Virus record (IMG/VR): IMGVR_UViG_3300042868_004707
Coordinates: 51,250 to 115,249 of that record
Reading direction: 5' to 3' (one strand)
DNA length: 64,000 bases
DNA from: a virus
Part shown: one piece after another, positions 21,071 to 29,280 of the stretch
How positions within the stretch are numbered: the first letter of the stretch is position 1
Layout of the letters: each line of letters opens with the position of its first letter
The notes under the pieces: model-generated
What the model was told of the DNA's origin: nothing
The model's input: the letters and a program-made list of their open reading frames with translations, nothing else
Databases searched by the model: none
Program-made: the position numbers and the translations under genes

Positions 21071-23095
21071 TTATCTAAACATTTTATTTTTTGGTGAGTT
21101 AAACATTGATCTGCTCTCTGTGAACAGCATATTCTTTTTGTTCTTAGTGAACATTGATTTTATTCTTACATCTTCCTCTCCACCTATTTTTCCCATAATT
21201 GGATCTAGTTTCATTGCTAAAGCTATTGCAAGCTCTGCAGCAATTATACGGTCAAAGTTACCTTGTTCATTATATTGGATCATCTCTTCTAATAAGACAG
21301 GATCAAATATCTTTGACATACCTTTTATCTCTGATATAATGTTTCCATCTTCATCTTTCTCTACATGGATAGCTTCTTCTGTATACTTCTTCAATGCTCC
21401 ATGTAAGAAGTCTCGTATTTTCTCAGAAGATCTATGTATTCCAAAATCTCTTCTTACAGTGGTGTTTGGAACTATTTCTTTTAACCAATCTGGTTGTCTT
21501 TCTAAATAATGTGAGTCTCCTTTAGCTATCATATAGTCTATGAAAGATATTTCATCATTCTCACATAAAGCTCTAGCATTGTAATACTTAATTAGATATC
21601 TAGCTTGTTCTTCCCATGTTTCTTTCTTGTCTGGTCTAGCACAATAGCTGGCCACAAACATATCTTGATACTTCTCTCCAGAAATAGCATGCATACGTTT
21701 GTATATATAGACAGATCCTAATGAACTTGAATATGCAGACTTACCTTGTCTATAAGGGTCAATTCCTGCTACATATAATCCATATGGAGGACTATCAACA
21801 GGAAACTCATATATCACTACAGGAGCATCTTTCATGTCACTATTCTTAAGAGGGAAATTTGATATAGGAAGTTTATCTGTAAACTCATGTTTTACTCCTT
21901 GACCATCATCATATAGAACAACAGGTGTTCCTGTTCTCTCTTGAGCTAACAGTCTGGATTTCTGACGTTTAGCTGCTTCAATATCAAATATGTTTGTATC
22001 CTCATTTAAGAATATATCATCCACTTCTTGTGGGTAGTACATCTTTTCTTTTAAATAAGCTAGTCTATCACCAGCTTTCTTTAATCTCTCAAGATTGTCG
22101 TTTGTAATTTTGTCTGCTGTTTCTTCATTAGAAACTAACATACTTACATTATGTAAATCTGAATTTGCTGGTTGTTCTAAAAAAGCACCTAAAGAAGAAG
22201 GCTCTTTAGCTTCCATTCTATATTTATGTGAAATAAATAGTCCATGGATTCTTTGTTCATCCTTAGCACTATTGTATTCTAAGAAGTTAAAATTGGCCAC
22301 ATCAAACATTAAGCTTTTTGCGTCCATGAAATTCTGCATATCTCCACCTGTACCTGTAAGAATAGGGCTACATCCCCAACCAAATGGTGTTGTAAAACCA
22401 GGAACAGCTGCTTGAAAACCTCTCAAGAAGTTACCTTTACCTATCTCATCAATAATAAGCCTTCTTGGCTTAGTACCTGCAATAGCCTCTTCATTGTTAC
22501 CACCATCTAAGTTACGAATAAGAATCTGAGAGAACGGTATTCTCTCTCCAGCTTTTGTCTTGATTCCTAATGTAACTTGGTTTTTCCAATTGTCTTCCAC
22601 TCTCTGCCATCTCCAGGCTTCTGGTAAGAAGTTAAGTCCTTTGTCAATCTTATCTGTGATAAGCTTTATATCGGGAGCATTCAATCCTGCAATAATGTTC
22701 TGGGAGTTTTCATCAAATGTAGCTCCAAGACCTATGTAAGAACTCTCAATTACTGACTTAGCTAAACGTCTGATTCCTAGAATTACTAGGCCTTTCTTTT
22801 CGTTATGTGCTCTATCTATTTCATTTGTTATAATCCACTCATTATCACGTAGATAAGGATTGGCATATTTTTGTGATATTCTACCACGATCATCTATAAC
22901 ATCCACCTCTGTATTCCAGAAGTTCAAATGCCAATATAAAAAAGGATTGATGTACACGCCTCCCATCATACAACCATCCATACATAATTGTTTATGGAAA
23001 GCATAAAATGCTTTATATTCATCTGAGTCTTTTTGTGGAACTCTTTTCTGATTTATAAACCAGTCTTTGTAATCAATACTTTGTAATCCATTCAT
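21071..23095 (-). CDS. terL: Terminase large subunit
   Basis: Walker A-like RRLAKS, Walker B IIDEIG, TGTGG coupling motif, nuclease GIDPY and FDRI. Confidence 0.9.
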   Translation of the reverse strand: MNGLQSIDYKDWFINQKRVPQKDSDEYKAFYAFHKQLCMDGCMMGGVYINPFLYWHLNFWNTEVDVIDDRGRISQKYANPYLRDNEWIITNEIDRAHNEKKGLVILGIRRLAKSVIESSYIGLGATFDENSQNIIAGLNAPDIKLITDKIDKGLNFLPEAWRWQRVEDNWKNQVTLGIKTKAGERIPFSQILIRNLDGGNNEEAIAGTKPRRLIIDEIGKGNFLRGFQAAVPGFTTPFGWGCSPILTGTGGDMQNFMDAKSLMFDVANFNFLEYNSAKDEQRIHGLFISHKYRMEAKEPSSLGAFLEQPANSDLHNVSMLVSNEETADKITNDNLERLKKAGDRLAYLKEKMYYPQEVDDIFLNEDTNIFDIEAAKRQKSRLLAQERTGTPVVLYDDGQGVKHEFTDKLPISNFPLKNSDMKDAPVVIYEFPVDSPPYGLYVAGIDPYRQGKSAYSSSLGSVYIYKRMHAISGEKYQDMFVASYCARPDKKETWEEQARYLIKYYNARALCENDEISFIDYMIAKGDSHYLERQPDWLKEIVPNTTVRRDFGIHRSSEKIRDFLHGALKKYTEEAIHVEKDEDGNIISEIKGMSKIFDPVLLEEMIQYNEQGNFDRIIAAELAIALAMKLDPIMGKIGGEEDVRIKSMFTKNKKNMLFTESRSMFNSPKNKMFR

Positions 23096-23427
23096 TATTT
23101 TCTACCTTTTAAGAAATCCTCTGCCATACTTCCTAGTTCAACACCACCTCTTACAGGCACCACCTTTGCTTCTTCTTTCTCACGTAGTTTCTCAACTTGC
23201 TCAAGAAGAGCTAAATAGTTCTTCATTGTCTCTTGTACAAACTTACCCTGTGCTTCAATAGATGCAATCACCATAGGCATTGCTCCACCAGCTTTGGTTT
23301 CTTTCCATTTGATTCTATCCTCTAATGTATGTAAAGGATTTGCATCAACGTATTGTTTCCAGCTTGATAACTGTTCCTCAGCCCAATCAAGTTCTGTATT
23401 TATGTATGTAGTTTTTTTTATTGCCAT
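23095..23427 (-). CDS. Hypothetical protein upstream of terL (possible small terminase)
   Basis: Helical ~110 aa coupled to terL; start MAIKK inferred. Confidence 0.45.
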   Translation of the reverse strand: MAIKKTTYINTELDWAEEQLSSWKQYVDANPLHTLEDRIKWKETKAGGAMPMVIASIEAQGKFVQETMKNYLALLEQVEKLREKEEAKVVPVRGGVELGSMAEDFLKGRK

Positions 23428-23440
23428 TATGTAGTTTTTA

Positions 23441-23716
23441 TTAGTCCTCGTCTTCCTCAAGAAACATTTTTTCTAAATTCATGCCACCTTTTATTATCTT
23501 CTTTAAATCATCTTCATCTTCATGTGGATAATCTATGTTAAGCTCTATTTCATATTTCTCTAAAGCAAGAAGAAGCTCTTCATCACTTACACCCCAAAGG
23601 TCATTATATTCATATAATGCTGTTGAGAGATGTCTTCCCATATTGTATGTTGGATAGGCCTTTTGTAAACGATTGAGCGTTTTTGTAATTTGGCTATAGT
23701 AGTTTGGTTTTGCCAT
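23441..23716 (-). CDS. Hypothetical protein
   Basis: 91 aa in a coupled operon. Confidence 0.6.
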   Translation of the reverse strand: MAKPNYYSQITKTLNRLQKAYPTYNMGRHLSTALYEYNDLWGVSDEELLLALEKYEIELNIDYPHEDEDDLKKIIKGGMNLEKMFLEEDED

Positions 23717-23991
23717 TATATTAAATCATTTATATCCTCGTCAGAAAGACCTGATGGTTGGTCATCATCATCATCTTCTTCTGTCCACTCCATAGTTAGT
23801 TCTTGTTCTAAAGTTAGACCATCATCTATATCAGATATGTATTCAGGCTTCACTGTAATCTTAATTGTATCTCTTGGAACACCATCAACATCTGTGTCTC
23901 CTGATATATCAACATAATCAGCTCCACCATCGTAGAGCTCTTGAAGAATTTGAATAAGCATTTCCAAAGGAATTTTACGTAGTGGATCCAT
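23716..23991 (-). CDS. Acidic hypothetical protein
   Basis: 91 aa in a coupled operon. Confidence 0.6.
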   Translation of the reverse strand: MDPLRKIPLEMLIQILQELYDGGADYVDISGDTDVDGVPRDTIKITVKPEYISDIDDGLTLEQELTMEWTEEDDDDDQPSGLSDEDINDLI

Positions 23992-24256
23992 TGTCTTCTG
24001 GCATTGGTTGTGGAAGCCATTTCTTTAATGGACATTCACAAGTTAAACATTTAGTCTTTGCAGCTAACGTACATCCACAATTTGTGCAATGTGCATCTAG
24101 CCTTAAACTCTTATACTCTTTCTTATTAGAAGAATGTTCTTCACATTCGTTACATGTAGCTAATCTTGTAGAACTAACGTGTTCTATGAAAGCTTTTTTT
24201 CTTTCTTCAGGAAGAAGATGATTCTTCCATCCCTCGATCATTTGATTCAGACTCAT
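23975..24256 (-). CDS. Zinc-binding hypothetical protein
   Basis: CNEC...CTNCGC..AKT..CPLKKW. Confidence 0.65.
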   Translation of the reverse strand: MSLNQMIEGWKNHLLPEERKKAFIEHVSSTRLATCNECEEHSSNKKEYKSLRLDAHCTNCGCTLAAKTKCLTCECPLKKWLPQPMPEDNGSTT

Positions 24257-24596
24257 TGATTTTTGGTTTTAGTGTCTTTATACTAGATTCTAATATTTGT
24301 AATTTAAATTCTACAGCATTCTTTTTTGTAGCTGTAATGTTCTCATCTGAAAGCATTCTTTCATATGCCTTCTTGATAGCTAATAACTTATTATATTGTG
24401 CAAGAGCTTTCTTATCATTGAAATAGAATTTTCCAAATCCAGAAATCTCTACACTCTTATGTATATTCAAAGCATCATTAGCTGAATCAAATTGATGTAC
24501 AACAATAGCGTCAATCACCTTCTCTGATATCACCATATTAATGGACATCTTCTTGATGATCCACTCCTTCATTGACATTGATTGTGGTTTCTCCAT
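24207..24596 (-). CDS. Second IHF/HU-like protein
   Basis: SVEISGFGKFYFN motif. Confidence 0.7.
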   Translation of the reverse strand: MEKPQSMSMKEWIIKKMSINMVISEKVIDAIVVHQFDSANDALNIHKSVEISGFGKFYFNDKKALAQYNKLLAIKKAYERMLSDENITATKKNAVEFKLQILESSIKTLKPKINESESNDRGMEESSSS

Positions 24597-24942
24597 GTAC
24601 TAGTTTTATATCTAACATTAAATCTTTCTTAAAATCAATAACAATGACAGGATTCACCTTCACCTTTCCATTCTCCTTCACAAATATACCTATCTTCTTC
24701 AACTTAGAAATAATGTTATTAATTGTAGGAGATGTTGTATTGTATGTCTTACAGAATTCTTCTCTTACATTAGCATATGTAATGTTACCTTTTATAGCTG
24801 TAAAAGATATGAGTTGTATTTCTCTTTCTGTTAGATTGAGAGAATTTATAACAGATAGAATAGAATAATACTTCATGGCTAATTCCATGTCTGTATTAAC
24901 ATCTTTCTTCAATCTTTGTACTACAATTTTAGCTGTATTCAT
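24538..24942 (-). CDS. Winged-HTH (RepL-like) DNA-binding protein
   Basis: LTEREIQL...TSPTINNIISKLKKIGIF...VNP. Confidence 0.55.
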   Translation of the reverse strand: MNTAKIVVQRLKKDVNTDMELAMKYYSILSVINSLNLTEREIQLISFTAIKGNITYANVREEFCKTYNTTSPTINNIISKLKKIGIFVKENGKVKVNPVIVIDFKKDLMLDIKLVHGETTINVNEGVDHQEDVH

Positions 24943-24966
24943 AATTTAGTTTTGTCATTCTATGGA

Positions 24967-24997
24967 CAAAGATAGAAAATAAAAACTTACATTCAAC
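24967..24997 (-). promoter_or_regulatory. Bacteroidota-type promoter for the HTH-IHF-terminase operon
   Basis: TATCTTTG (-7) with TTG about 19 nt upstream. Confidence 0.55.
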
Positions 24998-25085
24998 ATA
25001 TACAGAAGAAATATTTATTCTCCTATGCTATATTATGGAAGAAACATGCTATATAGACATACCCACCCACCCAGCCAAAATTAAT

Positions 25086-25697
25086 TTATATTTCAAACAT
25101 ATGCAAGTATTTTTCTTTAATATATTTCATAGAATTTATAACATATTCATTATCAGAAGGTTTGTCGTAATATAAATTATTCTTTTTAACATTCAATGAA
25201 TGTTCCAGTAACTGAAGATTGCTTAATGAACAACTAATTGATATAGGCGTATCTTCTTTAAACCATGATAATGGTATACAATGGTCTATATCATATCCTG
25301 TAGGAATGATCGGAAACTTATTTTTAAACTCTTCTTTATTATATCCTAGCATAATATACACACTAGATACTTTTGATTGATTCAATCTTTTTAAACAGTC
25401 TTTAAAAAACATTCTAGATCTTCTAGTAACAGTCATTTTTCTTGGTCTGTTCTTTTTAACTGCCTGAGAACATTTCTTACATCTACTAGATAAACCACTT
25501 TTTCTGGATTTATTTTTTTCAAAATCGTCATAGTGCTTAACTGTATTACATTTACAACATTTATATAATTTTGACTCTTCACAAGTTTTACATTTTTGTT
25601 GATATAAGTTAAATTCTGATTTAGATTTAACCACATTACACACTACACACGGTCTTTGTATAGAATATTCTTTTTTTCTTTCTTTTGATATATACAT
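25086..25697 (-). CDS. HNH homing endonuclease with CxxC zinc modules
   Basis: IDHCIPLSWF...NLQLL...N..KNN; own promoter TTTG-N21-TACCTTTG at 25721..25753. Confidence 0.8.
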   Translation of the reverse strand: MYISKERKKEYSIQRPCVVCNVVKSKSEFNLYQQKCKTCEESKLYKCCKCNTVKHYDDFEKNKSRKSGLSSRCKKCSQAVKKNRPRKMTVTRRSRMFFKDCLKRLNQSKVSSVYIMLGYNKEEFKNKFPIIPTGYDIDHCIPLSWFKEDTPISISCSLSNLQLLEHSLNVKKNNLYYDKPSDNEYVINSMKYIKEKYLHMFEI

Positions 25698-26007
25698 GAT
25701 TTTAAGTTTTGTGTACCCGCCAAAGGTAGAACATAATTCTTATACTCTCCAAATTTTTTTTCAAAAATTTTTTTCAAAATTTGGAAACCTATTGTGTATG
25801 TGGCTGTGGAGACCATTCCAAACTAAAACCCCCCATACAATTTGAGAGGTTGGGGTATTCCCCCACTAACAAAAGCCTCTCTTATGTTTTAACCTAATGG
25901 TTGTGTCTTAATGCTTTGACACGTAATACCACAACAGCCTTAGCAGGCACAACACCTGAACAAGTGATTAAACTGTTCTATTTTATTAATCTTTAAATCT
26001 TAATCTT

Positions 26008-26238
26008 ATGAAGATAGTTGAGATTGTTAGTCGTGACCCAAATCACGCAAACAGATTGTTTGATATTAATGGTGTTGAGTATTCACACCCATTAGGATTA
26101 GAAATCTTTGAGTTACCATTCAAAGGTGTTGTTAACACCAAAAGAAATATGGTAACAGGAATAGTATTGTTCAATGGTTTAGTCGTTGCACAAATGATTA
26201 ACAATACTATCAACTTTGAGGAATTGGTAATGCTGTAA
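26008..26238 (+). CDS. Hypothetical early protein
   Basis: First plus-strand ORF after the strand switch. Confidence 0.55.
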   Translation: MKIVEIVSRDPNHANRLFDINGVEYSHPLGLEIFELPFKGVVNTKRNMVTGIVLFNGLVVAQMINNTINFEELVML

Positions 26239-26330
26239 CGTGTTACCAATTCCATCAAAACCTTTTTTATATTCCAACTCAAAACCCTTTATACAAATTA
26301 ACAATTATTAACAATTAAATTCAAAACAAA

Positions 26331-26816
26331 ATGGAAACATTAGTATTAAACAAAGCCTCTGAAAAACCCGTAAGAGGCTCATTACAATCATTTGGTAAAA
26401 TTGCTCAAATCTTTGGCGAAAATGCTGAACTTGAACCAATCAATTCGAGAAAAGCATTGGAAGAACAAGCTTGTGCTTTACAATTAATGATTACAGCAGA
26501 GAATGGAGATTGGTTGAAAGCAACTTGTTCATCAAACGTAATGAAAGACCTTTGGTCACAAAAATTAGCTTACACTGATTTAATAACGCTTGATTTGCTT
26601 GAAACGTTTGGCGATAAAACTGTTCTTAATCCTGAAACCAATCTTTACGAGAAAGTAATGGACGATAATGGAGAACCTGTTAAAGAGAAAATCTTTACAA
26701 TAGGTTATGGCGGAACAGACATTTCAGCATTGAAAATCAAAATTACAGCCGAAGACCTTGCTAAAGCAGAATCAGCAAAACGTTCTGTTGATTGGAGTAG
26801 CTTGATTGCATTGTAA
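26331..26816 (+). CDS. Hypothetical early protein
   Basis: 161 aa, A-rich leader, followed by hairpin TGGGTCTC-TTAATT-GAGGCCCA. Confidence 0.7.
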   Translation: METLVLNKASEKPVRGSLQSFGKIAQIFGENAELEPINSRKALEEQACALQLMITAENGDWLKATCSSNVMKDLWSQKLAYTDLITLDLLETFGDKTVLNPETNLYEKVMDDNGEPVKEKIFTIGYGGTDISALKIKITAEDLAKAESAKRSVDWSSLIAL

Positions 26817-27183
26817 TAAACTTTGGGTCTCTTAATTGAGGCCCATTGTTATTATCAAACACAACACATATATATAAGGGTGGGAAGAACTCGTTCAGGT
26901 GTGGGTTAATAAAAAGAATGTATACTAAATTAACACATATATATACATAATGTGTAAAAACAAAACTTTCTACGAGGGAGAAAAAAACTTTTTATGCTGT
27001 TTTCATATGTTATTGTAAGTGTATTCTTATAATAATGTATGAAATAGTGTAAAATGAATATACATGTAGAATATTTTGTAGTGTTTATAGGTGTTAATGT
27101 GTTGACGCGGAGACATAAACACATAAACAAAGCACAATCATCAATGACCAAAATCAATCAACTAACGAAATATATATAGCATT

Positions 27184-27603
27184 ATGAAACAATTAAGTAT
27201 AAAACACATAGCTCCTTATCTACCTTATTCATTAAATGGTATAGCAGAGGGTAAAGATTCTCCTGATACACTATTAGGTATATATGGTAGTGATGGACAT
27301 ACATTGATTCTTTGTCATAGAGTTAATGATCACAACACTGTTGATTATAATTGTTGGCTTGACGAGTTTAAGCCTATTCTTAGACCATTAAAAGAAATAC
27401 AAGACATTCCTGAGATACAAGAAGAGTTTTCTGAATATCATTGGGAATCATTTGTTAATAGCTTTTTCTTATTAGGTAGATCATTGAATTGCTTTGATCA
27501 TGTTAGTTACACTATTGTAGAACTATGTTTCAAATATCATTTAGATATATTTGGACTAATTGATAAAGGATTAGCTATTGATGCAAATACTATACAGCAA
27601 TAA
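27184..27603 (+). CDS. Hypothetical protein
   Basis: APYLPY...KPILRPL...HLDIFGLIDKGLAID, a pattern I recognise from Bacteroidota phage ORFs. Confidence 0.7.
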   Translation: MKQLSIKHIAPYLPYSLNGIAEGKDSPDTLLGIYGSDGHTLILCHRVNDHNTVDYNCWLDEFKPILRPLKEIQDIPEIQEEFSEYHWESFVNSFFLLGRSLNCFDHVSYTIVELCFKYHLDIFGLIDKGLAIDANTIQQ

Positions 27604-27605
27604 CA

Positions 27606-27737
27606 ATGAAAGAATACATAGAATCAAAGCTCATTGCCATAGAACAACAAATAGTATTAGAGAGATGTTATAACAAACTTCAGTCTCTTATTGAAGATAG
27701 ATCTGTTATTGTTTATCTCTTATCTTTTTATATATAG
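27606..27737 (+). CDS. 43-aa peptide, paralog A
   Basis: MKEYIESKLIAIEQQIVLERCYNKLQSLIEDRSVIVYLLSFYI*; paralog at 28026. Confidence 0.65.
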   Translation: MKEYIESKLIAIEQQIVLERCYNKLQSLIEDRSVIVYLLSFYI

Positions 27738-27775
27738 AATATTAATTGGCTCTTCAACCGCAAATCCTTAATAAC

Positions 27776-27991
27776 ATGAAAATATACACAGCACATTGGA
27801 AGCATTATACAGATGATTATTATGCTCCATATAATAGAAAAATGTTCACAACACGAGAATTAGCTAATACATTTTTAGATGATATTATCAACTACGATGG
27901 TATAGAGAGATATTATATTCTTGAAGAAACTGTTCTTGAAGAATATTCTCCTATAGAATATGAATTAGAATGTCTTAGTGATATATTATAA
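27776..27991 (+). CDS. Hypothetical protein
   Basis: ATG at 27776 follows the TCCTTAATAAC leader motif. Confidence 0.6.
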   Translation: MKIYTAHWKHYTDDYYAPYNRKMFTTRELANTFLDDIINYDGIERYYILEETVLEEYSPIEYELECLSDIL

Positions 27992-28025
27992 TGAGCTCTT
28001 TCACAGCTAATTTCAAATACACACA

Positions 28026-28157
28026 ATGAAAGAACATATAGAACAACAACTAAAGAACGTAGAAGAACAAATAATCAAAGAATCTTCTTATAATAGAATA
28101 CAATGTCTATTAGATGATAGGAATGTTATTCTCTATCTCTTATCTTTCTTTATATAA
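28026..28157 (+). CDS. 43-aa peptide, paralog B
   Basis: MKEHIEQQLKNVEEQIIKESSYNRIQCLLDDRNVILYLLSFFI*. Confidence 0.65.
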   Translation: MKEHIEQQLKNVEEQIIKESSYNRIQCLLDDRNVILYLLSFFI

Positions 28158-28165
28158 CAAATATT

Positions 28166-28372
28166 AAATCACTTGCTTGAAGATAAACAATGATATATTC
28201 CCAGAAACAGGATGTAGATGAAACCAGCATCATATATTATAAACTGTACTAGCAGTTGTGTTTATTGTAGAGATGTTTATATCCCAATGGCACATAGTGT
28301 ATTGATGCGATGAGTTAGCTTACTTATTAGCAGATAGTATAAATATTCCACTAGAATTTGGACAAGTGATTT
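28166..28372 (+). ncRNA. Candidate structured ncRNA
   Basis: 10-bp closing stem AAATCACTTG/CAAGTGATTT, internal helices, then a T-run; no sizeable ORF. Confidence 0.4.
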
Positions 28373-28415
28373 TTTTTATATTAACAGGCTCTTCAGCCAC
28401 AATTCCTTAATAACA

Positions 28416-28781
28416 ATGAAACAAGAACATCCAATATTTAAAGCTATTGTAATGGTTGAAGATCAATCAGATTGTGATAGAGCTAGAGAAATATGTGAGA
28501 AATATGAACTTCCTGTGTGGAAAGATGTATCTCTTGCATTTGATTATGTAGATTATGAAGATGATCCAACATATTTACAATATCAATCAAAAGAAGATGC
28601 TACTGATGAAGATCACATTGGTTTCTTTGTAGATAATTTTAATGGGAAAGATATTGATGATTATAACATTGTCACAATGGAAGAGTTTGAAGCATTGTGT
28701 GATGATTACAATCCACAATACAAGAATATGGAAGACATACTGTCTAAAATGAAAGAATTAAATAATCTCCTTAATAGTTAA
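28416..28781 (+). CDS. Acidic hypothetical protein
   Basis: 121 aa ending MEDILSKMKELNNLLNS. Confidence 0.7.
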   Translation: MKQEHPIFKAIVMVEDQSDCDRAREICEKYELPVWKDVSLAFDYVDYEDDPTYLQYQSKEDATDEDHIGFFVDNFNGKDIDDYNIVTMEEFEALCDDYNPQYKNMEDILSKMKELNNLLNS

Positions 28782-28880
28782 ACAACATAGAATACACATA
28801 CAATGTTCTTTTCATTGTCTATTAAACAACAACACAACAATGTTTTTGTATGTGTATTTCTATTAAAACAATCAAACATT

Positions 28881-29087
28881 ATGAAAAAAATTGTATTTGT
28901 ACTACTAATATCAATAATATGTTATGGTATTGGATTTTATGCAGGAATATCTTTTCCTTTACAAGATGAAGAGTATCAATTTGTAGTGACAGATGATTCT
29001 GTATCAGTGACAGATTATGATAGACATGTAGGAACCATCAAACTTGATGGTGAGTTAGAAAAACTAATCAATAACGATAATAAATAA
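28881..29087 (+). CDS. Small membrane-anchored protein
   Basis: N-terminal hydrophobic helix; start MKKIVF inferred. Confidence 0.55.
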   Translation: MKKIVFVLLISIICYGIGFYAGISFPLQDEEYQFVVTDDSVSVTDYDRHVGTIKLDGELEKLINNDNK

Positions 29088-29091
29088 AATT

Positions 29092-29280
29092 ATGAAAAAT
29101 TTGAAATTCTATTTCTCTATTATGTTTATATTAATAGCAATGGTTTGTTCCATTAGCCTTAATATGACATATATGGAGGAACCAGCGCAAAACATGTATA
29201 AATTCATTCTTGCTGTTTCTACATTGTTGTCTACAATATTATGGATCAATTATATGATAGAAAAACATGAGCAAGTATAG
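29092..29280 (+). CDS. Small two-TM membrane protein
   Basis: Two hydrophobic segments. Confidence 0.55.
   Translation: MKNLKFYFSIMFILIAMVCSISLNMTYMEEPAQNMYKFILAVSTLLSTILWINYMIEKHEQV

Noticed and set aside
1680-24868. Plus-strand ORFs in the structural module (e.g. 1680, 3962, 17953, 21063, 22095)
   Set aside because: Antisense shadows of well-supported minus-strand genes
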